Below, one piece after another: positions 26,325 through 35,520 of a stretch of DNA of 64,000 nt. This DNA comes from an uncultured Lentimicrobiaceae bacterium (GTDB taxonomy: Bacteria; Bacteroidota; Bacteroidia; Bacteroidales; JAGNHN01): positions 9,753 to 73,752 of the forward strand of contig CAZPYJ010000018.1 of the NCBI GenBank assembly GCA_964590645.1. Direction: 5' to 3'. The position numbers and the translations under genes are program-made. The notes below the pieces were generated by a model. That model was given only the letters and a program-made list of their open reading frames with translations, was not told where the DNA came from and made no database searches. The first letter of the stretch is position 1; each line of letters starts with the position of its first letter.

Positions 26325-27233
26325 TTAAATGAATAATGACAAGCTTAAGAGGATGCCAGCCATCAGGAGGCTTACGATGGATCGCACTACCGCCCAGAGA
26401 TAATCCTGGAGGCGGCTGCTGGCTTTGCGGACCACCCTTACCACACTTGCAGACAAGGGCAGGGCCAGCAGGACCAGCAGGGATGTCAGAGGCAGGTAAT
26501 CCATCAGTATCAGGGCGATCAGGCTTAGGTATGCCAGGGAGCTAAGCCAGATGATCCGGCTGCGGTTAAGCTTCAGCACCACATCCTGACCGCCTTCCTG
26601 CCCTAATTCAAATCGTGCTCCCTTCAGGTAGGCTACCACCGTTACCAGGAAGGCCAGTGGCAGGGAAACCATCACCGGTGTGAGGCTCAGGTTTCCGCTG
26701 AGCACAAAATACATCCCGAGCATACTTAAGGGTCCGAATGTGATAAAGACGACGGGCTCCTTCAGGCCCCGGCGCATCAAGGGAGTGAAAAGGATGGCGA
26801 TGAGGCCGCCGGCCAAAGCCAGCCAGATCACAGCCGGACCCAACACCAGAAAGTAGTGTATGCCGATACCCAAATCGATCAGCAGGCAGACAATACCCGC
26901 AAGGAGGGTACCGTGCTTTCCCGGGAGCAGCGAAGTGAAAAAGGGTTGCCACCCTGCAAATATTTTGGTATGTGCATCCTGCGCATCGGTATGGCGATGC
27001 GTGAAATAATAATACAGGTAATCTCCTCCAGCCTGCCCGATCAGCAGGGCGGCCGCCACGAGCAGAAAATCAGGCCAGGAAAAACTGCCTTCGTACCAGG
27101 CCAGCGCTCCCCCTGCCAGGGATGGCACAATGGTGGCAGAAAAAAGGGCGAACTTAATCACCCGTATGGCTTTCGCTCTTGGGTTTTCCATCTTGAATCC
27201 TTGTTTGAAAAAAGGGAACAATAGAAAGGGCAA
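26325..27233 (-). CDS. UbiA-fold membrane protein with degenerate Asp-rich motifs
   Basis: Same length and TM layout as its neighbour. At the motif positions it reads GQAGGDYLYYYFTHRH and YLKGARFELGQEGGQDVVLKLN. An alternative start is the ATG at 27191 (MENPRAK). Confidence 0.55.
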   Translation of the reverse strand: MPFLLFPFFKQGFKMENPRAKAIRVIKFALFSATIVPSLAGGALAWYEGSFSWPDFLLVAAALLIGQAGGDYLYYYFTHRHTDAQDAHTKIFAGWQPFFTSLLPGKHGTLLAGIVCLLIDLGIGIHYFLVLGPAVIWLALAGGLIAILFTPLMRRGLKEPVVFITFGPLSMLGMYFVLSGNLSLTPVMVSLPLAFLVTVVAYLKGARFELGQEGGQDVVLKLNRSRIIWLSSLAYLSLIALILMDYLPLTSLLVLLALPLSASVVRVVRKASSRLQDYLWAVVRSIVSLLMAGILLSLSLFI

Positions 27234-27255
27234 AGGGGTTTACAGGAATTCAAGC

Positions 27256-28146
27256 CTATTCCACAATCTTTTTGCTTTCCACCTGCAGAATACGGTAATC
27301 GTCAGGATGATATACAAACGCAATGACCCGGCACTGCTCTACCTTCCACGCTCCGGGAAAAGCATAGGCATAAGATCGGATCACCTCATCGCCTTCAAAG
27401 CTGAGGGTATCAGAGGAAGCCAGATCCACGCCCCAGGTGCCCAGGATGCTTCCCCGGAGCATATACATTTGCGTGTAATCCAGGATGTCGGGTGTAGGGC
27501 CAACCTGCGGACTATTGTTCTTCTGTGCGGAGGGAATGCTGTCCTCCGTGATATACAGAACCAGCTTGAGGTCTTCTTTCATATCATCCAGGAATACGGT
27601 ACGGATATGAGAGCACAGCCGCTGTTCCTCCTCATTCCAATCCAGGAGGAGTTGCAAGGCGAGTTGGGGTGTGGCATTCAGGGACAATTCTATCTCCGAT
27701 GCCCAGCTGGCCGGGGCCAGAATATGGGACTGGGAGAAGCCTTTGCGGTTCACCATTCCATTGGGATTGCCTGCCATCCCGATCCCGAAAAACTGGTCCA
27801 GCTCGGTCCCCTCCGCACATCGAAAGTCATTGTCGTAAGGCGGGCTTTTGGGATCGGCAAAAAAGCCTGCGTGAACAGCCATCACAACCAGCCGATCCCC
27901 GTGCAGAGTCATCAGATCCTTTGCCAGTACAGCGGCGGCAGGACAGTTCGGGCAATATTGCCCGGTGTACTCTTCCAAGAGCACCTTTTGCTCAGGGTTC
28001 ACCAAATCAGGGAAATCCGGAACAGGACAGGCTGAGGTATCGATGATGACACTGTCGCGCAGATAAGGAGCCTCTATTTCATCACAGGAAGGCATCAGCC
28101 AGACGCCCGCCAGGAGTATGAGGAGTAGGTTCAGGGTGTTTTTCAT
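27256..28146 (-). CDS. Lipoprotein with thioredoxin-like CxxC (Omp28-related pattern)
   Basis: Lipobox (LMPSC). The segment KVLLEEYTGQYCPNCPAA..VVMAVHAG resembles Omp28-related outer-membrane proteins, from memory. Confidence 0.5.
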   Translation of the reverse strand: MKNTLNLLLILLAGVWLMPSCDEIEAPYLRDSVIIDTSACPVPDFPDLVNPEQKVLLEEYTGQYCPNCPAAAVLAKDLMTLHGDRLVVMAVHAGFFADPKSPPYDNDFRCAEGTELDQFFGIGMAGNPNGMVNRKGFSQSHILAPASWASEIELSLNATPQLALQLLLDWNEEEQRLCSHIRTVFLDDMKEDLKLVLYITEDSIPSAQKNNSPQVGPTPDILDYTQMYMLRGSILGTWGVDLASSDTLSFEGDEVIRSYAYAFPGAWKVEQCRVIAFVYHPDDYRILQVESKKIVE

Positions 28147-28158
28147 CTTCTTTTCACT

Positions 28159-29859
28159 TTAAAAACTGCTGCTCACCGAAAGGGTCAGGCCGCTGGCCGC
28201 TGGTACGTTGCGACAGACACCGCCCACGCAGAGAATGCCTTCGCGCTGCCGTCCGTAAGAGAGCGCAATGCGGCTGCTGCCCCGGATGTAGCCCATAGAC
28301 ACATTATAGTAATGATAGGTGTTGGAAGATTCCGGATTGTCGAAATTATACTGATCCATCACTGAGAAGAACCAACGGGGTGCAATGGTATATTCCAGGG
28401 TGGCCGCCAGCCACTTGCCCGAATCCTGCTGCGTGGAGAGGTATTGCAGCTCCACCCGCAGATTCTTCTTCGGGCTGAACTTATATCCCAGATCCAGTAC
28501 AAATACATCGGCCTGATAGTAATGGTCCCCATCTTCGATCCCTTCTTCCACCACATCAAAATTATAATCCAGGCGGGTATACTGGGCGATCAGTTTCACT
28601 GCAGGACTGATTTTTCTGGTCAGCTCCAGACTGAGGTCTTCGAAATACTTCACCTTCCCCGGGGCAAAGAAATCGGATTCGTAGCCGAAAGTGCCGGGGG
28701 TATTCAGGGCTGTACCCGCATCCACGGGTGTTTTATCCAGTCCGTTCACCAGTCCGTAGTGCAGATTGATATTGGTTCCGTACCTTCCCCCCAGGGTGCT
28801 TTTTTTGGGAATATTGAAGACGAGTTGTCCGGCGAAACCCATCTCCCCATTGGGTTGGGTTGCATAGGGATACATTGCGGGCAGGGCGTAGGCGTGCTGG
28901 CGGGTCACAGGGGGAAGGAAGTTGATATCCAAAGCACTGGCCGTTTCAGTGCGGCGACTCTTGAAATAGAAATTGTCGATGCGCTTGGCAGAAAGGATGA
29001 TACCCAGGCCTTTCTGTGCGTAGGAAGCAGTCAGGAAGGCCGCTTCCCCGTGACGGTAGATATAGTTGTTCAGCTCAGAAGGGTCATTGATCTTTCGGGC
29101 ATACTCACCGGAAAAGCTGAAGCGATGACGACTGAGCTGGAAACGTCCGGCAAAAGCGCCGACATTCTCCGGCAACTGGTATGGGACAAGGGTGGGGTCA
29201 TCCTTCTCGTACTTGCTTACCATACTGGCGCCCAGTAGAATATTGGTTGCACTGCTGCGCAATGAGGGCAGAAGTTGGTTTAATCCGAACTCTGCATCCA
29301 CCCCGCGGACGATCCCCCTTTTCTTCGCCTCTTCGCGGTAGGAAGTCCAGTAATACCGCTGCGTTCCGTACACCCCTTTGATCTGTATTCCGGGCAGGGG
29401 AGTGAATTTCATCCGCACCCCGTCCAGTGAATTATCGTACCCCAGGCTCCAGTCTTCATAGGTTCTGAATACCAATCCATTCCCAAACTGTTCATAGAAA
29501 TTCCCGACGGTGATATCAAAGGCGTCTTTCTTGTATTGCACATAGCGGTTGGCAATCCCCTGGCCTTCCCAGGCATCGTCGTAGCCCACCATCGGTTTGA
29601 GGAAAGCTTCATAACGTATTCCGGCCGTAAAGCCGTCCAAACTGTATTGCACCTGCATAAAGGCATTCATCCCCATTTTCTTGCCAGCCAGGTCACCTTC
29701 GGTGATCCCGATCGTGGAATCGGCACGGTAAGTCTGCACATCCATCTGGAAAGAGCCACTCACATTCTGATTGCCTGTAAACCCCTGATTGTATGCCTGT
29801 AAACAGGGTATTAGAAGTAACAAACTGAATACTGCCCGGACTTGGTTGCGTAGTTTCAA
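28159..29859 (-). CDS. Predicted outer-membrane beta-barrel protein (DUF6029-like?)
   Basis: Signal peptide, alternating aromatic/polar strands throughout, and a C-terminus of ..GLTLSVSSSF (terminal Phe). The family name is from memory only. Confidence 0.45.
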   Translation of the reverse strand: MKLRNQVRAVFSLLLLIPCLQAYNQGFTGNQNVSGSFQMDVQTYRADSTIGITEGDLAGKKMGMNAFMQVQYSLDGFTAGIRYEAFLKPMVGYDDAWEGQGIANRYVQYKKDAFDITVGNFYEQFGNGLVFRTYEDWSLGYDNSLDGVRMKFTPLPGIQIKGVYGTQRYYWTSYREEAKKRGIVRGVDAEFGLNQLLPSLRSSATNILLGASMVSKYEKDDPTLVPYQLPENVGAFAGRFQLSRHRFSFSGEYARKINDPSELNNYIYRHGEAAFLTASYAQKGLGIILSAKRIDNFYFKSRRTETASALDINFLPPVTRQHAYALPAMYPYATQPNGEMGFAGQLVFNIPKKSTLGGRYGTNINLHYGLVNGLDKTPVDAGTALNTPGTFGYESDFFAPGKVKYFEDLSLELTRKISPAVKLIAQYTRLDYNFDVVEEGIEDGDHYYQADVFVLDLGYKFSPKKNLRVELQYLSTQQDSGKWLAATLEYTIAPRWFFSVMDQYNFDNPESSNTYHYYNVSMGYIRGSSRIALSYGRQREGILCVGGVCRNVPAASGLTLSVSSSF

Positions 29860-29885
29860 GGTTTAAGGTTTTGGTGATCAAATGG

Positions 29886-30407
29886 TTAATGTCCTGAAAT
29901 ATCCTCTCCGGCCTTTACTTTCCTGACCAACTCGATCAGTTCCAGCTCACTCCCTTCAGAAAAGGAGGTATGTTGCCACACGATCTCCCCCTGCCCGTTC
30001 ACCAGGAAAGTATGGGGGATCATATTGACATTCATTGCCCGCTTGAAATCTCCATTTGCATCGAGCAACACTTCATAATCCCATCCTTTGCCCATCACAG
30101 TGGGTCCAACGCGGGAGGAGGAACGGGCATCATCGATGGAGACGGCAATCATTTTTACTCCGGTCTCTTCCTGCCATTCGTCGTACACCTCGGCAATGGC
30201 CGAAAGTTCCCGCATACAGGGTTTGCACCAGAGGGCCCAGAAGCTGACAATAAAAGGGTTCCCCTCATTGCTCAGCTTGGCGGTATTGACCACTTTTCCG
30301 TTCAAATCTTTCAATTCGATGGAAGGGAGTTGTTGTGCGGATTTGTCCTGGGCGGCAAGCATCAGCGGCGCAAGCAGGAGTATCCAGGTCAGGGTTTTCT
30401 TCATCAT
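29886..30407 (-). CDS. TlpA-family thiol:disulfide oxidoreductase (periplasmic thioredoxin)
   Basis: Signal peptide plus the thioredoxin active site FWALWCKPC. Confidence 0.8.
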   Translation of the reverse strand: MMKKTLTWILLLAPLMLAAQDKSAQQLPSIELKDLNGKVVNTAKLSNEGNPFIVSFWALWCKPCMRELSAIAEVYDEWQEETGVKMIAVSIDDARSSSRVGPTVMGKGWDYEVLLDANGDFKRAMNVNMIPHTFLVNGQGEIVWQHTSFSEGSELELIELVRKVKAGEDISGH

Positions 30408-30513
30408 ATCATAGATTTAGCTGTGGGTGCTCTGCATTCAAAACGCGGGCCAATTTAGGAAACATTGAGGGATTAGAATATCTCGAAGTAAAAATAAGGT
30501 TGCCAAAGCTGGC

Positions 30514-31488
30514 TCAGGCAGGGTACACCTCCAGCAGTTTCAGTGCTGGCGAAGGATGGATTTGGATGTGCTGCATTGAAGCCGGGATAAGGATGGCTTC
30601 TCCGGCCTGCAGGCTTTCTTCCCCATTCTCCCATCCTATGCGCCCCTGGCCTTCCACGCAGAGGTAAACCACGCAGCGATCGAGGGCTTCAAAATCTTTG
30701 CGCATCACCCGGCCTAATTGTATCAGGTTACAAACAAAATGGGGGCTGTTTACCAGGGGAATGCTTTCATCCTCTTTCTTTTGGAAAGGCAGTAAGGGCA
30801 GGTTTACCGGACTGAAGTCGATGGCATCCAGGGCTTCGGCTGTATGCAGGGCTCGCATTTTACCATCCTGGCCTGGGCGATCCCAGTCGTAGATGCGGTA
30901 GGTAGTATCGGCCGACTGTTGGATTTCGGCGATCAGGATGCCCGGCCCCAGGGCGTGGATGCGGCCTGCAGGCATATAGAGCACATCTCCTGCTTTCACT
31001 TCAACAAAGTGCAGGATTTCCTGCAAACGATTTTCTTCGAGGGCCTGCAGATATTGCTCAGCCTGGATTCCTTTTTCAAAGCCACTGATCAGCCTGGATC
31101 CGGGTTCAGCCTGGAGCACATACCACAGTTCACTTTTGCCGCGAGGCAGGCCGCGTTCCCGTGCCAGGGAATCGTTGGGATGCACCTGGACAGAAAGCCA
31201 GTCGTGGGCATCAATAAATTTGAAGAGCAGGGGGAAATCGGTACCAAAGTGAGCAAACACCTCTTCCCCCAACAATTCATCGAGGTAAACCTCGATCAGT
31301 TCGGGCAGGGTGTTTCCGGCCAGAAAGCCATTGCTGACTACCGTAGCCTCATTTTCCAGCCCCGACAACACCCAGGCCTCACCGCAATTGGACAGGGGTG
31401 CAAAGTCCTTGCCCAGCCAGCTGCGCAACTTTTCGCCCCCCCATACCTTTTCTTTAAAAACATCCTTGAATTTCAGCGGGTACAGCAT
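30514..31488 (-). CDS. manA: Mannose-6-phosphate isomerase, type I
   Basis: MLYPLKFKDVFKEKVWGG, FPLLFKFIDAHDWLSVQVHPND. The ATG at 31488 is preferred over the TTG at 31515. Confidence 0.85.
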   Translation of the reverse strand: MLYPLKFKDVFKEKVWGGEKLRSWLGKDFAPLSNCGEAWVLSGLENEATVVSNGFLAGNTLPELIEVYLDELLGEEVFAHFGTDFPLLFKFIDAHDWLSVQVHPNDSLARERGLPRGKSELWYVLQAEPGSRLISGFEKGIQAEQYLQALEENRLQEILHFVEVKAGDVLYMPAGRIHALGPGILIAEIQQSADTTYRIYDWDRPGQDGKMRALHTAEALDAIDFSPVNLPLLPFQKKEDESIPLVNSPHFVCNLIQLGRVMRKDFEALDRCVVYLCVEGQGRIGWENGEESLQAGEAILIPASMQHIQIHPSPALKLLEVYPA

Positions 31489-31603
31489 TCCTTTGTGCAA
31501 ATTGGTAATGGACAAAGATAGGAGAAAGGGGCAAAGCGTGCAGCAGAATGGAGCTTAGGGTTTGGCAGGTGAACGGAAAAGAACATAAGCAAGGGGGATA
31601 GAA

Positions 31604-34177
31604 TTATAAACTATCCGGATCCCACTCCAGGATAAACTCCCCGGCCTCCTGTTTTTTCAGTCTCTCCTTTTCCGTAGCTTTTTCTGTTTTCTTCACACTA
31701 TCGCGTTTCAGCCATTGAAACTCTTCCCGCAAAATCTTGCCTACCTCCTTCCTGTCCTCCCGGATATCCTGCCCTATCTTTTGCAATACCCCTTTACGGT
31801 CATACCTGAATATCGGTACATCTGCCGTTCCGCTGATCTTAATAAAAAGGCTTGTTCTCCCCAATCCGTCATCTTCAATCCAGCCAAATTCACTGGCCGT
31901 TTGGCGTGCTTCTCCAGCCCTTTTCCCCAGTACCTCTGAAAGTAAAACCCTGAGGGAATAATCGATCTGCTGATCGAAAGAGTGCGAGCCGGAGATCCAT
32001 AGGTTCATTGCATCCGTATTCACGGCCATTTCAGGGATCATCACCTTTTGGTTTGCGATGGTGATCTGATTGCGCAGGGGTTCTATATTGACCTTATCCA
32101 GGTTACCGGCCTTGATGAAGCGCGGCAGTTCTTTCAGGGGAGGGTAGTCCTGGATTACCCCTTGCTGGATGGAGATGTCGCAAACCGCATTGATGCCGGC
32201 AGGGTCAGGGTTAAGCAGATGATCCATCTGCACAGACAACACGATACCGGCATCCAATACTCCCGATAACTGCTTATGTGTCAAATCTTTTTGTCCGAAA
32301 TCCTCCATCTGGCGAAAGAGTTCTGAAATCTGTATGCCCTGCAGGCTTGCCCTGGCTTGCATCCGGTATCCGTCCTGATCCGGAAGCAGGTTTCCATCCA
32401 GCTGAAGCTGTCCTGCCATCGTATTCAGCAGGAGGTTTTCAGCGTAGAGGTTTCCTGCGGCCAGGCTAAGGTGTCCGGACACTTTCTCAGCACGAAAGTG
32501 ACGATAGGCCAGGCTTTGTACCTGCACCTGAATGTCTGCTTCCAGGTCTTCGGGCCAGATGGCTCCCCCATCCCTGCCGGGGCTCTCCATCTCAATCCAA
32601 TGAGCCAGGGGAAGGCTTTCTGCCTTCACATCCGCCCGCATTTTCATCTTTCCCGATGAAAGATCAAGATAAGCCAATAGCCGATCGATGGTCACACTGC
32701 CTTCAAGCGGCCCTTCTTTTGAGTTCCCATTGAATGAGGGAATATGCAGATGCTGCGGATTGAGTTCGAAGGCCGCAGACAGTCCATACAAATCCAGACC
32801 CAGGGCGTCATCCCTGAAGATCCCCTGGCTCAAGACACCGCTAAGGTTCATTTTCCAGCCTTTCGACCAATGATCCGGATGCGACTGGAGTGCATCATAG
32901 CTGAAGCGGCCCTGAAAGGAAATGTCGGCATCGGCATTGAGTTCAAGCAGCGATATCCAGCAATCCGGGAGGGTGCTGTAACGGAATTGTCCTGCTACTT
33001 CTCCTTCCAGCAGGAGATCATCAAATCTTTTCACCTGTAAGCTGCCCCTCACCGGCGTTTGTTGGAACAGGGCCCGCAAGGTATTTATCCTGAGCTCTTG
33101 CCCGGCAAAGTCCTTTTCGGTCCCGCTGTCATAGCTTCCTTCCGCTTCCACTTCATTGAGCATCCCTCTTTCACCGGGGCATATCCGCAGGCTTCCCCGG
33201 CTGATTTGCCAATCGGCCGTGATGCGTGGAAGGTAAACATCGCCGCTTTTCCCCACTATCTGCAATGAAAACTTCAGGTTGCCCAGGGGTGTATAGGGCT
33301 GCAAATCCTGCTGCACCGCAGCCGGGAGCATCGGCATCAGTTCAGCGATCCCGGCTTCCAAAGAATGGAAGGCCATCTCCAGCCAGTGATGGTCTTCTCC
33401 CGGTACAATTCGTCCATTGCCTTCCAGCTTGATTCCCCCTTGTTCCAACTCCGCTTCTTCCCATTCCACACTCCCTTTCCGAATGTCTATCAGAAGCTTG
33501 CTGCGCAGCTTTGTACTGAGCCCCTGCACATAAATCCTTTCGCCCAGGCTGATCTCCTGAACGATCAGACCCGCCCTGAGCTTTGCCGTGAAGAGGTCTC
33601 CTTCAAGTTTGCCCCGGATGATGCCCGACTCAATATGGAATTGGTGGCGCTGATTGTTTTGAAGATCACGATAGAGTACACTGAAATCCTTGATCCTGAT
33701 CTCATCAAAGGACAGGTCTGCTCCCTTTTCGCTGCCTGGGGCTGAGGACTTAGAGAAATCGTAATTGTTGCTCCCATTCCAAAAAACGATGAGGTTGAGT
33801 TCCCCCTGTTTCAGGTCGATGCCGCGAAGACGGTATTGCCCCCTGATCAGATCGATGGGATGAAAAACAAGGGATATTTCTTTGGCCACAATTCCCTGGG
33901 GCTGGCTTTCATATACTTTTTCCTCCCTGCTCTCCACTCCCTTCAGCTGAACGGATATGAGAGGGAAATGGGACCAGATGCTCAGGGCGATTTCTTCCAT
34001 CTCAACGGGTACTGCCAGGTAGGCGTTGATCTCGTGAACCGCTCGTGTTTTTAACTCGGGGCCGTAATGCAGCACAAGGGCATACAGGCTGATTGTGATC
34101 AGCATCAGCAAAGCAGGAAGGGCAATGAAGAGCATCCGCAGGTACTTACGGAGAGACATAAACCACAGCTTCTTCAT
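31604..34177 (-). CDS. AsmA-family envelope protein
   Basis: 857 aa with one N-terminal TM anchor, then a long beta-rich region of AsmA-like layout. Assigned by architecture only. Confidence 0.55.
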   Translation of the reverse strand: MKKLWFMSLRKYLRMLFIALPALLMLITISLYALVLHYGPELKTRAVHEINAYLAVPVEMEEIALSIWSHFPLISVQLKGVESREEKVYESQPQGIVAKEISLVFHPIDLIRGQYRLRGIDLKQGELNLIVFWNGSNNYDFSKSSAPGSEKGADLSFDEIRIKDFSVLYRDLQNNQRHQFHIESGIIRGKLEGDLFTAKLRAGLIVQEISLGERIYVQGLSTKLRSKLLIDIRKGSVEWEEAELEQGGIKLEGNGRIVPGEDHHWLEMAFHSLEAGIAELMPMLPAAVQQDLQPYTPLGNLKFSLQIVGKSGDVYLPRITADWQISRGSLRICPGERGMLNEVEAEGSYDSGTEKDFAGQELRINTLRALFQQTPVRGSLQVKRFDDLLLEGEVAGQFRYSTLPDCWISLLELNADADISFQGRFSYDALQSHPDHWSKGWKMNLSGVLSQGIFRDDALGLDLYGLSAAFELNPQHLHIPSFNGNSKEGPLEGSVTIDRLLAYLDLSSGKMKMRADVKAESLPLAHWIEMESPGRDGGAIWPEDLEADIQVQVQSLAYRHFRAEKVSGHLSLAAGNLYAENLLLNTMAGQLQLDGNLLPDQDGYRMQARASLQGIQISELFRQMEDFGQKDLTHKQLSGVLDAGIVLSVQMDHLLNPDPAGINAVCDISIQQGVIQDYPPLKELPRFIKAGNLDKVNIEPLRNQITIANQKVMIPEMAVNTDAMNLWISGSHSFDQQIDYSLRVLLSEVLGKRAGEARQTASEFGWIEDDGLGRTSLFIKISGTADVPIFRYDRKGVLQKIGQDIREDRKEVGKILREEFQWLKRDSVKKTEKATEKERLKKQEAGEFILEWDPDSL

Positions 34178-34193
34178 TCTCTTTTTGGGGACA

Positions 34194-35369
34194 CTAACGA
34201 ATTCTTTTCAGTATATTGACTTCCGTTTGGGTAAGGTGGCGCCATTTTCCCCTTGGGATGTCTTTTTTGGTGATCCCGGCAAACATCACCCGATCCAGCT
34301 TGATCACATCGTATCCCAGTTGCTCGAAGATGCGTCTTACAATGCGGTTGCGTCCGGAATGCAGCTCCACTCCCACCTGCTTTTTGTCGTCCTGTCCAAC
34401 CACCCAGGCGATGGCATCCACTTTTACGGGGCCATCCTCGAGGGTGATGCCTGCGGCAATTTCTTCCAGGTGTGCCCGGGAGAGGTTTTTATCAAGATAG
34501 ACGTGATACACTTTTTTTACATTGTGCCTGGGATGGGTGAGTTGGGTGGCCAGTTCGCCATCATTGGTGAGCAGCAGCACGCCGGTGGTATTGCGATCAA
34601 GGCGGCCGACCGGATAAATGCGTTCGTTGCAGGCACCTTTTACCAGTTCCATCACGGTCTTCCTTTCCTGCGGGTCGTCCATTGTGGTGAGGTAAGCTTT
34701 GGGTTTGTTCAGCACCACATACTGTTTGGTTTCGGCATTCAGACGCCGGTCTTCCATCGTCACCTTGTCCCCCGGCTTTACCTTATAGCCCATTTCCGTG
34801 ATCACTAGCCCATTCACTTTGAATATGCCTGTGGGGATGAGTTTGTCGGCCTCCCGCCGCGAGCAGATTCCGGCGTGAGCGATGTACTGGTTCAATCGCA
34901 TTTCACCGGGAGAAGCAGAAGGACGTGCTGCGCCGCTTCGCCCTTTTGCTTTATCTTTCCCCGTCTTGTCCTTCTTATCTTCTTGAGCGTGGCGTGCTGT
35001 TTTTTCCCTGGATGGATAGGGTTCTTCCTTCTTCGTATTCCTTTTCTTAAACGGCTCCGCATTCTCCCCATCGCGGGCTGCTGTTTTCCGGCCTTTTCCC
35101 CTTTCCCGATTCTTTTCAGCATCAGGCACAGACGTTCCATCCGGTGTAAACCCTATCTTTTCCCTCCAGCTGCGTGTATCTTCTTCCCCTTTCCAGGCTT
35201 TGCGGGAAGGGCTGTTTCCCTCCCCCTCTTCCCGGGCTGGTCTCTTGCCTTTCCTGTTCTCCCGGGCTGGCTTCTCCCCTTTCCCTCCTGCTCTGGATGG
35301 CCTCTCCCTTTTTGCGTCATTTCCGGATGGCCTTTCTCCTTTTCTGCCTTTTCCTCTCTCCTTTTCCAT
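34194..35369 (-). CDS. Pseudouridine synthase (RsuA/RluB family) with K/R/G/E-rich N-terminal extension
   Basis: S4 domain MRLNQYIAHAGICSRREADKLI and catalytic GRLDRNTTGVLLLTNDGELA. The ATG at 35369 follows a -7 box at 35385..35392. The canonical domain starts at the ATG at 34901. Confidence 0.8.
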   Translation of the reverse strand: MEKERGKGRKGERPSGNDAKRERPSRAGGKGEKPARENRKGKRPAREEGEGNSPSRKAWKGEEDTRSWREKIGFTPDGTSVPDAEKNRERGKGRKTAARDGENAEPFKKRNTKKEEPYPSREKTARHAQEDKKDKTGKDKAKGRSGAARPSASPGEMRLNQYIAHAGICSRREADKLIPTGIFKVNGLVITEMGYKVKPGDKVTMEDRRLNAETKQYVVLNKPKAYLTTMDDPQERKTVMELVKGACNERIYPVGRLDRNTTGVLLLTNDGELATQLTHPRHNVKKVYHVYLDKNLSRAHLEEIAAGITLEDGPVKVDAIAWVVGQDDKKQVGVELHSGRNRIVRRIFEQLGYDVIKLDRVMFAGITKKDIPRGKWRHLTQTEVNILKRIR

Positions 35370-35384
35370 ATTATGTATTTCTGG

Positions 35385-35392
35385 CAAAGGTA
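35385..35392 (-). promoter_or_regulatory. -7 box (TAccTTTG) for the pseudouridine synthase gene
   Basis: caaaggta on the plus strand, 15 nt upstream of the ATG at 35369. Confidence 0.45.
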
Positions 35393-35462
35393 CAAGCTGG
35401 TTGTCAATTATGTATCATTCTTTGAGCATATCCCGCCTGTGCGAACAACAGACAGCGGTGTC

Positions 35463-35481
35463 CCGGCCCCGAACGGGCCGG
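35463..35481 (-). terminator. Hairpin after the BNR/T9SS cargo gene
   Basis: A 7-bp GC stem (ccggccc/gggccgg) with a 5-nt loop, about 40 nt past the stop. No clear U-run. Confidence 0.35.
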
Positions 35482-35520
35482 TAATGATCAAAAGACAGAT
35501 CTTTCCCCTGTGATTCCTTT

